Shown here piece by piece: positions 32,890 to 46,456 of a stretch of DNA of 64,000 bases. Both the position numbers and the translations under genes were made by a program. The notes beneath the pieces are model-generated. The model saw nothing but the letters and a program-made list of their open reading frames with translations. It searched no databases and was not told the origin of the DNA. Every line of letters starts with the position of its first letter. Position 1 is the first letter of the stretch. The stretch is from Monocercomonoides exilis PA203 (lineage: Eukaryota; Protista; Preaxostyla): contig LSRY02000024.1 in assembly GCA_001643675.2 (NCBI GenBank), positions 1-64,000 of the forward strand, in the 5' to 3' direction.

Positions 32890-35600
32890 TATCAGTCTTC
32901 CATCTTTTTCAAATAGATTCGTTTTTTTCATGGAAAATGAACTGTTCAGTTATTTCCTCTTGAAGCATCTGGTTAACTCTGATTTTTCTCTTTCTCATCG
33001 CATCCTCAATGAATTCGAGAAGAAGAAGAAATGAAATGAAAATTCTTGAGAAGAAAACAAGAGTATCAATAAAGAAATGATTGCTGGGGATACAGATACC
33101 AACTTTATAAGTACCATAATTAGCAGTAAGCATGGATGAAAAAGAAGCCAATCCGATGCTCCAATTCAGAATGGGAATGGCACAAAAGGTCAATCAGAAT
33201 TAATTGCTCTTCATATTCTTCTCATTTTTTGCTCGGTTTTTCATATCTCTTTTTTCTTTTCTTTTCAATTTTGTCTTCCTTCGCTTTTCTCTTCATTCCT
33301 TTCCTCTCTTCTTCTTGAATAAGAACACTTGTCTCATTCATTTCATCTCAAAATACAATTCTTCAAAAAGTTAATCAAATTCCATTTCTTTCTCTTCCTT
33401 TTTCTTTCATCATTCTGTTTTCTTCTGCCTTTTCCTATTGATGGAGAAAGAGAAGACACCTCACTCACATTCTTTTCAGACAATATCATCCAAAAGTTCT
33501 GCTCCAATTGAATTTCCTCTTCAGCTTCTTTGTTGCCACATAAATAAATATTTCTTCATTCATCTATCATTTTTCATCGTCATCCTGTTTCTCTCGCTGA
33601 TCTTCCTCAATCTCTACTCAAAATTGTTCATTTTCCTTTCTTTCTTCTTCAATTCATGAAATAGTCCAAAAATCCACTCTTCCAAATCCGCTTTTTAATC
33701 AAGCCCAACACAAATGCAATGAATTCAAAAAAACATAAAACCTTTCATTTTGGCTTGCTGAGAATGAATTGAAAAGACACAGCGAATGAATTCACAGCTT
33801 TGATGCAAATTGTTGATGTGTTCAATGGAAAAGTCTTCCTTTGCCTTTTCCCATTTGTTTTCCAATTTTTCCGTTTTCATAGACGTGCAAAAATCAGAAG
33901 AAGACGAGATAGAAGAAATTCTGTTTGAAATTCTCATGCTTTTTTTAAGATAATGCTGATGATGATAGAAGAATAAGAAGAACGAAGAAATATCAGATGT
34001 TGAGTGTTTTATGTTTGTTGATAGTTTGTTGTGAAGAATTTGAAACAAAATGAGTTTTTGGAAAATGGTGCGAAGAAGATGAATAATGATGATTTTGGTC
34101 GAAAGAGATGAGCTTCAAGAGAGATGAACAATGAACGAGAAATCAGCAGAAACATTGACAGATGGATGAAATGTTGAAGAAGAAATTAGTGAGTGAGTTG
34201 ATTGAATTGTTAATGAAGAAAAAGACGAAGATTTTGAAGATACAAATGCCATTGGATATTCAATGTCTGCCTTCTGCTTCAAATGTCCCACAAATTGAAT
34301 TGCGAATAAAATAGTTGTTCTGTCAGAACATGATAATAATTCTCCAAAAAAACACTCAATGAAAAGAAAGTGCCAAATCCATTTCTGTGAAAGTGACTTG
34401 TCTCTCTTTTCGGTTGGACTGACTTTCTTGTCTTCTCTGCGTAACTATTTTATTCTTTTGTCATCTTCTCCTTGTTTCATTCATCTGTGTTGATGTGAAG
34501 GTCAGAAATGATTTCCAAAAAAGAATCTCCAAAAGCGATGTCTAATCAAGCAATGCTCAAAAGGAATGGATTTTGACGGATTCTATCAATTTTCGCTCAT
34601 TCCATATCCCGAAGAAGGAAGAAGATGAAGACGAAGCAAAAGAAGAAAGTCAAATATAGCTATCAACAACAAAATATGAAGAAGAAGATGAACAGATATT
34701 GTGAATAAAACACCTCTTTTTCTCTCTCTGTCGGAGTGGCTTGTGATGAAGTTGAGCCATATGAGAAGAAGTCAGCTGTATTTCCAGCAGAATATTCGGC
34801 AAAACAAGAATAACAAAAATTAACAGTGCTATCAGTAAAATCATTTTGTGTGTTGAATGAAACAATCATTGGCCATCAAAATATCTCCACTGTAACTGGC
34901 GCACTATCAGATGGAATGATGTTGATGCATGTAAAATCTTCGACTGATGAATTTCCACAACGTTTTCCTGTCGATTCAGCCGAATATGCAATTTTAATTC
35001 GCTTTTTTCATCACTTCGACTTCTCATCCGAGTTGATCAGAGTTCAAAAACTAAAAATGAAAGGACTTCTCAAAAAAGCTGCCATTCGAAATGCAGGCTG
35101 AAGTTCTTAGAATTGGTGCATCTTTGTTGCTGTTGCTGCAAATAAAGCTTCTTTTCTCTCATTCTTTCAAGAAGTTTTCCTTTCAACCGACTCATAAATA
35201 TATTGACTCAACATTTCAAAAGTGCTTCCTCTGATCCTCAAGCAGTCTTATGTTGTTTCAGCCTTTTCCACTGATTTTCCTGAGGTTATTGTTATTTCAG
35301 AGAACTGATGAAGAAAAATCAAGACCCAGTGAATAGACAGAGTGTTTGTGAGATGAATGTGAATTGCACAACGAAGATGTTTTCTTTTGGTTAATCGAAT
35401 GTGATTCTTTCAACATTCCTTCATTTGCAATCATCAAGGATATTATATCAACAGTCAATTCCGATAACCAAGAGAAAATAAGGCTTTGGCGCATGAATTC
35501 GAAGATATAACTTTTTGTAAATGAGTTGCAATATTCCACAAAATATTTATATTTTTTTGCATAATTTCATTTGCTTCAATGGCTTGGTTTCGATGGAGAA
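32890..35600 (-). pseudogene. Heavily decayed surface-protein-like gene
   Basis: Fragmented Ser/Cys/Phe-rich minus-strand ORFs similar in composition to the beta-helix surface proteins nearby. No long open frame. Confidence 0.35.
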
Positions 35601-35956
35601 AACTATCGGTTTTAAAAGCATTTAAAACACAAAAATATCCAATCAAAACAATTAAGAAAACAAATCTTAATGAAGCTTTGACAATTTTCTCAATTGTGAA
35701 ATTTGCTAAGAGAATCAAAAAATGAGCGATTGCTCGAAAAAGAAAATACCCAATTATTCTAAGAAACAAATATTGATCAAATATTTCCTCTAATCAAAAA
35801 ATTCAAAAAAAATATTTGTTTTTGAGTGGAATTGCTTTTGGAGAACGAATGCACATGGAAGCTCAGGAGGTATTTTGATTTTTTTATTCGAAAGCATTCC
35901 AAACTTCTGTTTTTCTTGCAACACCAACAATTTATTGAAAATTTTATGTGCTAAAA

Positions 35957-37404
35957 ATGTTTTGTTGCGGAAAGAAGGCAACGTGCAAAATGAATCGTGC
36001 AGAAAAGTATACAGGTTTGCTTTTTCACTAGCTTCATGATTTATTAATTTTTTTGTTATTCTTTTTTGGAAATTCGTTGTAATTTTTTTGTTTTAAGAAA
36101 TGCTTTTTCAATTGAGGGATTGCTCGGCTGAGGAGCAAACCCAGAGAGTTGGAGAAATGAATTCATTAATGGATCAAATGGGTGAAGATGAAATGGACAA
36201 CCATGCGTCGAAAGTTTTTGAAGAATTTTGCAGAATGATTGAAGAAAAGAAAGTTTCATTAGAAAATACAATTAGCCTTATGAAGCGTGTTGGATATGCC
36301 AACATAATGAGAAGCATATATGCCATATATTTGTGTGATTTTTCGTTGAAGAAAAAGATTGAGAGCTTGATTTTTGAAGAAGGAAAGAAAAATGATGAAA
36401 AGAATGAAAAGCTTTTGATTGAAATGTGTGAGTGTTGTGGATTTATTTACAGGAACATTTCGCCGGAAATTATTCCCGTTTATGTGCCTTGCATGCTGAA
36501 TGCAGCCTTGAAGAAAGAGGAAAGCGAAGAAACAAGAAAAGAAGTGGAGGATGCATTGTTAGCTTTGAATTACATTGAAGAAGCACATGTTTGTACGAAT
36601 GTTTTTTATCAATTTGCTTGTTTATTTTATTTTATTTTATTTAATCAGTTTGTGCGTATTGAACTATTTCAGAGCAAAATCAAAGAGATAATAATGTATC
36701 ATCAGGAGCATCGCAATCTTACACACATGGGATATCGATCAGCTTGGCATTTTTATCTCAACCGGTTGCTTGACTATAGCTTTTTGGGAGATGCAATTGT
36801 GAATGAACTGCATTTTGTGAGAGAAGCAGCGAGAGAACTGGAAGAGCTTTCAAGAAGTGTGAGAATGAAAAAGAAAGAAGGGAAAGTGATCAGCCCAGAG
36901 TTTAAATACACAGTCAATGGATGGCTGGAAACTGTACTGTATTATCGGCAGAGCGGACCAAGGGCAAAGGAAGATTATGTTCCTTTGGTGCAAAGCATGG
37001 TTTGTTTAAGGAAAGCAGCCAGAGGAATAGAAAATGAATTGTTTGGAATTAATTCTCAAACGTATGAATTAATGGCGCTGTATATTGCAGGAGGTGTAGA
37101 GGACTTGCTGAAAGGCGGGGTTTTTGAAGCTGTTTTGGAGGAAATGCAGAGGGATTTTATTGAAAATCATAAGATGCATGATTGTTATAAGTTCTTTTTG
37201 GCAATTCAGGAACTGAAAATGAGAGCAGAACCAACCGCAAACGAAGCACAAAAGAAAGAAATCAAAATGAAATTGCACGAAAAGCTTGAGGAAGAAGGAT
37301 TCGAAGACATCCTGATTGGAAATTATGAAGTGAATGGACAAATTAGCAATGTTTATTGTCCAAAAATATCTGTAAATGTTGTTGATTATTTGGTGTATAT
37401 TTAA
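35957..37404 (+). CDS. Paralog of the helical hypothetical family; introns 36015-36097 and probably 36589-36648
   Basis: Exon 1 MFCCGKK... splices in frame to the 434-aa ORF. A 60-nt T-rich GT-AG segment lies at the same protein position as the paralog's intron. Confidence 0.8.
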
Positions 37405-38686
37405 TCAAATGAAATTAATTTTTTATTTCTTTCTTTATATTTTATTATTGTTTATGTTATTATTTATTTTATTCTTGTAACTCAAAATGTGTGTATTTTC
37501 ATTCATTGCATCACTCCACAATTCATAAACATTATCTTTTTTGTTTTATTGCTATTAATGTTGTTGTTGTTGTTGTTTATTTTATTTAATTTTCTGCATT
37601 ATGTTTCTGAATTTGTTTTGAGTTTCTGCAAACAATTCAGTCAAACGAATGAGTTCTTAATTTTTTTGTAATGTTTTTGAGTCATTTTCTTTCTTTCTTT
37701 ATTATTTCATTGATAAACACATAAATTTTCAATTAACTTTTATTCTGAAAAAGTTAAACGCGTAATTTGTGATAATATTCATATTGCATGTTTTTTTCTG
37801 AAGATTGGATTTATTTTCCAATCGAAGTTTTTATGGAGATCAGATGGCGAGTGTTTGTTGGTTGAATTACACATCAATGAACTTGTTGAAAGTATTTTGT
37901 TGTTATAAACTTTGATGTAATTTATGGAATGATTCTTTTCGTTGGATTATGAAACACATTAAAAGAGTTTTCCTTTATTTGAATTTCGACAAATGGAAAT
38001 ATGTGGTAAAATATGTGCCATTTAAAGAAAAATCACGATTTATTCAATTCTTGTTACGCTTTTATATCATAATAAGTGAAACATTCACATGAAAAAATTA
38101 AAAAAAAAAGATTGGAGAAAAAAAAACAGAGAAAATGTTCCATTCAATGGATTGGCTTGGCTTTAAAAAGCAATCAGTGCATTTTTTATTTTTGCAAGAA
38201 TGAAAAAAAGGTCAAAGGTTTGTGGGAGTTATTCTTTTATAATGTTAAAAAAATTGTTTTTTTTAAACAAAAATTTTTTGATTCTCTTAAAGTTTAAAAT
38301 AAACTTCTTTGAACTTAAAAAAAAAAGAACTCAAACATTGGGATTGAAAACAAAATTTGCATGAACCCAAATAAAATAGTCATAATCGTTTTTTAACATT
38401 TCAAAATTAACTTGACATTCTCAAAATATTCTCAAATTACAGATTCAAAATTCTTGATGATATCTCTTGAACAATTACATGGAACGAAACATTCCAAATC
38501 AAAATAATTTCAAAACCAGTCAAAAAATCATGAAAAATGATTTATTAGTTTTTTATAACATTGCATGAATCAAAAACAACTCTTAATTTTTTCCTTATAA
38601 ATAGACAGATAATGGAAAAATAAAATTAGATTTATTTTTAAAAAAAATAAACGAAAAACAACACAAATACATACATAAATAAATAT

Positions 38687-41600
38687 TTACTCCTCAAGAA
38701 AAGGCTCTTGAATATCTGGAGGGATGTCAATGAGTTTTGTAATTGTTCCGTAATTGCTGATGTTACTCGAATGCTTCCAACTCTCATCTCCCTTCTCCAT
38801 CCTTCTGGAAATTTCTGAATTTATCGAATTCAGCAGCCCCTGCCCTTCCTCATATTCACCAAGAAATCCCTTCTTCTTCCACTTTCTTCGCACACACAGC
38901 AACACAACCCCATATCCCAAGCCTGTTGCCACCACAGCCACAACAGCAATCACAATCAATGTCGCCTTCTCCTCTGCCCCTTCTGATCCCTTTCCTCTTC
39001 TCACACACAACGGAATAGTCGTTAATCCTTCTTTAAATGCACGTTCAGGTGAAAACTTCAGTGCAACATAGGAATCTGCCCCATTGGCACAATCAACAGC
39101 ATTTGCAGGGAAATAAGCAGAAATCGCAATTTCATTGAAACAATTCAGTTTATCAGCCGTTGCAGTCTCGACTAACTCGTTTGTTATCCTTTCTCCAGTC
39201 GTCTTGTTCGCAAGCATTTGCATCGTCAAATAGCAGTCATAAAGGAATTTCCCCCTCAAAAGCACTTCATATCCCTCTTCTTCATTCACCATCATCATAT
39301 TCTTCTTCTTCTTCTTCTTCTTCTTCTTCTCTGTTATCGACACGTTCTCAGGTTGCGGCGTAAACAGACTCGACATCGAATCAGCGGGAAACCCAACAAG
39401 AGTGCAGTTATTGCTTTCAATCCAGAAATTGTCTGGAAATTCTTCATTGCTTTCTTCTTTCCTTTGATCATTTTGAGAAAGAAGATTCTGTTTTCCTTTT
39501 TTATCATCATGCTTTGGATGACTTGTGCAACTATCGCCTTTAACAAGCTCAATAACCCCTTTCCCTTCCTCTTTCCTTCCTTTCTCTCTTTCACACACAA
39601 TATTATGAGCCACGCCAGGAAACAACCCAAAACCAGCTGAATTCCCTCTCAGCGATGGAACATCAACAGACAAATAGCCGTCTTTTGTGTAAACAGCCCC
39701 CGCAATCTTCGTCCTGAACGTTGTATTTCGCACAAAAACAGAGCATTTTGTGAAACTCACAAAGGAACTTGTCCAATGGCAAATAGAATTTTCTGTATTT
39801 TTCTGTGTTTTTTCTTCAAAAGAAAAGGCTCCTCAAGATGACTCCATCAGTAGGTCAAAGAACGGCAAGGCAACTCCTTTGCCCCACAGCGCGAGAAATC
39901 TGTGCCAAATGTTGAAGAAACAAATATTGTTGGGCTGATATAAACAGAAAGGAATTCCTTAATGCTGATGCCTTCTCTATAATTAGCATTGTCGAAACAC
40001 CCAATTTTAGTTCCATCGACTGATTCGTCGATAAAGCAGAATATCGTCTGCAGGTTGATGTCTATCAAAGCACTCTCAAGCAAAGCCATGTTTCAAATTG
40101 ATCGTTCGTTTGTTTCCAAAAATACCGAATCTGCAACAGCAACATAAATCGCTCCTCCATAATCAGCCTTGCAGCCGGAAAAATCACACTCAGAAACAAG
40201 AGCCTGATCTTCAACATCTTTCAGATAAAGTCCACCTCCGCTTCTTTGCGAATAGCATCTCAAAAAGGTACATTGCAAACACACTGGCTCGACTTCTTCG
40301 AAGAATTTGTCTGGATCGGAATATAACTTTGTTTGCATTTTTTTGTCGTTGCCTTCAAATGGAAAATTGTTTCTTTCACGAATTTGTGAGTGATAACTTT
40401 GTTGCAGAATTGTGCTATTTCCATTCAAGTCAGCTTTTCTTTCAGGAATCTTAGTTGCGCGGTGCTCAAATATAACGCATGCATCCGCTTTCGAATTGCA
40501 ATTAAAAAATAAGCATTGCCTGATTGCTGGGGAACGAATGCTGATCACATGAATAGCTCCAGTAGTTGTCTCAGCATTTTTATTTTCATTTTCACAGTTT
40601 ATATCTTGGAAAGAAGAATTTTCTATGGTTACAGCCACATTTCCAGTCACAAAGATAGCTCCTCCCGATCCGATATAGCTTGTGCAGTTTTGAAATTTAC
40701 AATTAATAACATCAACAGTTAAAACGGTCTGATCTTGTGTTCTTGCAAAGATGCGTTGGCCAAATTCATCGCCTTTAATTCCATTCCAAGTGCATGAGTC
40801 AATCGCAAATTCCTTATCAACAAAAGGATCGAGGACAACTCTTTCGAGTGTTTCATTTGAATAACGCTTGTTTGCCCACCGTGTGCATGAGACGTGTGTT
40901 GAGTTAAAATTAGCAAGTGAGCTAACGCCAAAAGAGATCGAAGGAATTAGCACGCCATTATACACATCGCACACATGATTGAAAGCACAATTTGAAATTG
41001 TTGAAGTGAAAGAGTTAGATCCTTGTTCTTGAATGCTCGCATTTGGCTTTGCACTGATATTGAAAAAAGAAGAATCATGAATCTCCAATGTTGATCCAAT
41101 TATAGATGAAGCAAAAAACGTTGATGACATTAAAACAAACGAAAATGATGAACTTGACACAGTAACTGAAACAGAAGGATTCCAAATAGGAGAATCACTT
41201 TTCATGAACACAAACGAATTCATTTCCATCCAATCTATTCGAGATAAAACTGAAATGTTCTTGAGCTGTTAAACGCTTCCTGTTTTGGCAAATGAGCAGC
41301 CTAATTGTTGTTTTCTCGAAAAAACAATGCAATTCACAACAGAAACATTTGAAAAGCCATCTTGCCAAATCGTAGCATCATCACAGCTTGAAATAATACA
41401 CTCTCTTTCAAGAAATATTGTAGAGTTTTTAATTCTCATTTTCGAAAGAAAACAGCTCATTTCATTCATAACTTGTTTTTCGGTAACTCTGAAAAGTCTC
41501 CTGCTTGTGTTTGTAACGCTTCTCATTTGCTGAAGGATATGCAATTCATTTTTTCTTGTTCTTGCAAGATATGACGGAAAGTCCTGTTTAACAACTCTTA

Positions 41601-41787
41601 CACGTAAAATGGTATTTTTATCCAAATGGCTCGATTCAGTCTTAAAATCTGCGCAAAAAATTATAGCAGTTGTCAACAGCAACAGGAAATATCGTATGAT
41701 AATTAGCAATAAATATCTGGTGAACATAAAGAATCTCAAACAAAAAAAAACACTTTTGAATGTTTGAGAATGATATATAGATATCAT
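38687..41787 (-). pseudogene. Single-pass beta-helix (GGAIY/Pmp-like repeat) surface-protein gene with in-frame stops and a frameshift
   Basis: N-terminal hydrophobic signal, motifs GGAIFV, GGGLYL, GGAIYV, CGAKELPCRSL, and a C-terminal TM (LIVIAVVAVVATGLGYGVVLLCV-RRK). In-frame TAA at 41269 and TGA at 40093; frame change near 39847. Confidence 0.75.
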
Positions 41788-42381
41788 AATCCCAATTTTT
41801 TTCTTTTAACAGAAAACTTGTTGTTTTTAAAAAATCAATAATAAAAAGCTATGTTTTGTTTTTATTGTGTTCTTTTCGAAAATAAATATAATATCAAGAG
41901 TGACAAATCTGGTCCTTTTTTCAAAATGACTTTCTTCTTTATATTTCTGCATTTTAAAAAAAAAATAGAATTGAAAAAAAAATAAATAAAATTAACGAAA
42001 GCAATTTATTATATTTTTCTAACAATAGGCTTCATTTTTATTTAGAAAAAGTGAAAATGGTTTATTTTTAACATTAAAAACTTTTCTTAACATTTTTCAA
42101 TATTGTTGACAAATGTGATTATCTGCGTCTTGATTCAAGCACTTAATTGATTATGTGTCACTTTCAAATCTTTTTTGAAATAAATAAAATTATTTCTTTG
42201 CACTTTTGAGATGTTCAAATAGTGAACTTTCTTCTTCATTGTGTTTCAGAACAACTTTTTTCCTCATCCCTTTTTTTCCTTAATATGAAGTTACTGCGCT
42301 TGATGATTCAATTGAAGCGATTGCAATACAAAGCTTCACTGGATATATATGGTGCGTGAATTCATTCGAATAAACATTTCA

Positions 42382-42660
42382 TATATGGGGAAAAATATGA
42401 ATTATTCTGCTTTTTTAGCACAATGAACAAAAATATGACTTCGCTCATAACTTTATTTCGCTTTCTCATATTTTGAAATAAATATGATTTTCATAACCGT
42501 AAACAGGAATCATTAAAATCAAAACATTAAGTTTTTTCAACATTTCACGAATGTAGAAAAATGGACTAGTTTTTATTGTGTTATTTGATCAAAAAAAGCC
42601 TATGAAAAGTGCAAAATTTTTCAACGAAAATACTTGAAGAAAAATATTTTCCCCCATATA
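42382..42660. mobile_element. MITE, ~280 bp
   Basis: TIR tatatggggaaaaatat / atattttcccccatata (1 mismatch). Confidence 0.7.
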
Positions 42661-43380
42661 TTTTTCGAGAAAATGATATATGATAAGAATCAATTATTGA
42701 AGCATTATGTTTCGACAGTTACAAGAAAACTGTTTATGAAAAGCACAAAGTTCATAAGATTTGCTTTTCTCATGCTAACAAAATGTTTGTTTTTGTTAAA
42801 TCACATGTGAATTACATTCTGACTATATTAATCTATATTCCCCAGGAATGAATGTTCATGTTTTTAATTAAATCGATAAATTAATTATTCATTTTTACCA
42901 TGCAAATAAATGTGATATATGGTTTTATTACATGATGAAAAAAATAATGTGAACATCAAATTTTTTTCTTGACTTCTTTTTACATTTCATTTGTTAGAAA
43001 GATTAATAATTGTTATATTTCGTTTCCTGAAAAAACTAATTTTTTATGTGAGAATTGTTTCATCAATATCAACTGACTAATATTTGCGAACAAATTTGAA
43101 AATACATGTTGAGGTTCGAACAAACAATTATCACATCATATATTACGCAACTTTTTGTGATAACAAAAAAAAGCAATTTTTCATTGACACAAAACACAAT
43201 TTCAAATGAAATTTAATTTTGCAATAACTGGTTCTGGGTCTTTTTTTTTCCATTTTTGATAAATTTTTTGAAAAAACTCATTTTGTTAGGAAGAAATATT
43301 TTTCTTTTTTAAATGTGACGTTTTCAAAACATTTCAAAATAAACGAAAACCAGATGATATTGATCAAGGCGCAAATAAAA

Positions 43381-43435
<55 letters not shown>

Positions 43436-43615
43436 GAAGTTAGCATATGCAATTTTCAAAAACATGTTCAAATGTATTTAACACACTGAATTTATTCATC
43501 AAAAAAAAGAAGGGAAAATGTTTGAAAAATGTTCGTTCATTGAAAAATATCACTATAACTAAGAATGGATATTAATAATGTTATTAAAGTGGAAACAGAT
43601 GAATTTCTTTTGATG

Positions 43616-43880
43616 ATGTGGAGGAAAATATGTGACTTCAAGCTTTTTCAATTTAAATCTCTGCACAGCGTTTGAACTTTTAATTATTTTTTACATGATA
43701 TATACGGGTTCATTTATTGTGATCCATATCATGTTGCAGAATATCATGAAATGATATTATTTATTCTTGTTGACAGATATGATAATCCAATTGATTTTGA
43801 AATCTGAGAAAAATTTATTAAGAAATGAGTTTTCATGATTTGTGCAGAAAAAGCTTAAAAGCCAGTATTTTCCCCCATAT
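43616..43880. mobile_element. MITE, ~265 bp, same end family
   Basis: Ends atgtggaggaaaatatgtgacttcaagctttttc ... gaaaaagcttaaaagccagtattttcccccatat. Confidence 0.6.
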
Positions 43881-44985
43881 GCTTCTGGATGTCAAAGAAT
43901 AATACTGAACAACAAATATTCGACTAATACCATTTGATCAACAAATTTGAAAGAAGTCAATTCCATATTATTGAAAATTTTGAAATTGTATTTGAATTAG
44001 TGTTTCCAAATTGATATAAAAATTTATTTCTTTATTCCAAAGTGATGTGTTTGAATTCATTCGTATAAAAACTTCCTTTTCAAAGGCACATTGGAAAATA
44101 ATCATAATTATTTTCAATTTGTTCAATTGTGAGATTGAAATTTTCGAGCAATATTTGTTTCGCTATTCAATTTGGTTTCTTAAGACAGAAAATTAATCAT
44201 TGCTGAAAAACTCTCATTCAAAATCAAAAAATCATAAATCTTTAACATTTCAAAAAAGAATTTCAAAATCAACTAAATATAAAAATTTTTGTAAAAATCT
44301 TCGTGATTCTTATTATATATCATTTAAGAGCTATTTTATTTCAAGAAAACTCCATCATGCATTGAAGAATGAAAACTGAACACAAAAATTCAAAGAAAAT
44401 TGAAAAAGTCTGAATATTTTTTGAAGACTTCTTTGATGTTTATTTGTCAAAGAAATAATTATCTCTTAATTCAAGAGGTTGTTCTTATCCAAGAAATTTT
44501 TGTTTATCTATTTTTCCGATTATTCAATAAAAAAACAGCATCTTTATTTGTTCTTCCATTCTCCCTTCATTAATCTTTTCGATTATGGTTCAATGTTCAC
44601 AATCACAAAGTTCTTCTTGCTTCCGTTTTTGAAATCATTTTTTTATTTAACTGTGAAATGTGATACAAATGGCACTGAATTCGAGAATCCAATCCTTTCA
44701 TTTTTTCAAAAAAACAAAAAGGAAAAAAAACTTCTACAGAATAATTCTCAAATTGTTATATCTGGAACATTATTTAAAAAAAACACTTCCCAAGAGGGTG
44801 TTATAAGACACAAAAAAGATCGTATTGAAATAAGTTTGCTTTTGAATGATATGATCCCTTCAATACGAGGAGAAAATGAACGAAGAACTCTTTTTTGAAT
44901 TAAAAAAAAAGGAAGTGATATTTTTGGGGATATAAAATGAATTGAACAAAAGTGGATATCCATATCATTTCAAATCACACAAAAT

Positions 44986-46456
44986 TCACTTCGAACTGTT
45001 CCAATTTGTTGCAATCATCCAATCTTCTTCTCTGCAAAACATTCCATAAAAGCTGAAACAAATATCTTCGATGCCTTCCTCTTCAATCTTTTCCGCCATT
45101 TTCTTCTTCAGCACCATCTTTTTCTTTTTTTCTTCCTCTTCTTCATTTTCCGTTTTTGACCCTCCTTTCAGCCAACTCAGTGCTGAAGATAAAAATTTCA
45201 AAACAACATTTTTTGACTCCTTTTTCCTGTTCAGCATTTCAAAAAGAGATATAATATATTATTTGCAACTGTATGTTGTTGAATAATTCAATGTTGGTTG
45301 ACTCAATTCCTCCAAAACAATCTCACCAAAATCGAAAAAATTATATGTTACTCTTATTTTTCTGTCACATATCATGCTTTCAATAAACTTTATGAATTTT
45401 CTTGCAATTTCTATCTCAGCATTCTTCGTAACTCTGCATAAAGTAATAATACCAGCGACAATTCTTTCAATATCTGTTCCTGAATAATCGCTTTACGTAC
45501 CGAACATTTGCACCGTTTTTAACCACCCATTGATACACCAAATGTTTTTCAATTCTCTTTCTCTCTCTTCCCTTTTACTCCAATCGACTCTTTCGGCCAG
45601 CTCCTCCAACTCTCTTGTTGCTTCTCTTGCAAAATGCAGATCATCCGCAATAACATCTTCCAAGCTTCTTTCACTCCAAAGTCGGAAAATCAAAAACTTC
45701 CAAGCAGATTGAAACGCAAGTCGTGTAAAATTGTGATGCTGTTGATAACAATTGATGATTTCTATCATCTCCTTCAAATACTGATTTTTTCCATTTTTCT
45801 TAATCTAAAAGAAAAGAAAAAAAAAGAGATAATATCAAAAAAGAAACAGAAGAGCCCACACTTCATATTCAATGTTGCTCAATGAAAGAAAAGCCATTTC
45901 AACTTCATCCCGAGACTCTTTACTTTCAACTTTATTCAGTACAACTTTCAGAAGACAAGGAACACATATTGAAAGGAATTCAAAAGAAAAGCCATTGCAA
46001 AGCGTAAAATGGCATTCATCAAGGTCAATTAAGAGTTTTTCATTCTTTCGTTTTTTCTTTTTAGCTTCATCAATAATCATCTTTTCAAATCTTTTGTGCA
46101 ACAAAGACCTTTCATATCACAAGTTGAATGAACACTTCAATGTATTACAATATCCCATGCACTTCAAATAAAAAATTGCATTTTCCAGCGTCATTTTCTT
46201 TTCATCAATCAGTTTGTCCAATCTGTCGAACAGTTCTGTTGTCATAATGGATTTCAGTTCTTCTTTGTTCATTTTCTCCATTATTCCATACATTTTGAGT
46301 ATTTTAGGTTTCTGTTCATCTCCGTTGCACTGTTTCAACTCCGAAAATATCTCTTTGAATCAAATTCAAAAAATAATAACAAAACACAGAAAATTTCCAC
46401 GAAGTCAAAACGATATGAACAAACCCGAAACCATTTTCACAAGAGAATTCTTCTGA
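44986..46456 (-). pseudogene. Disrupted paralog of the helical hypothetical family
   Basis: Fragments 46117-46338, 45835-46104, 45493-45777 and 44986-45237 carry the family motifs and are separated by stops and an intron. Confidence 0.8.

Noticed and set aside
15363-46456. Alternative genetic code (TAA/TAG=Gln, as in the oxymonad Streblomastix) to explain in-frame stops
   Set aside because: Interruptions include TGA and frameshifts as well as TAA/TAG. Intact genes end in TAA, and long ORFs (947 and 2083 aa) have no internal TAR. Pseudogenisation is simpler.
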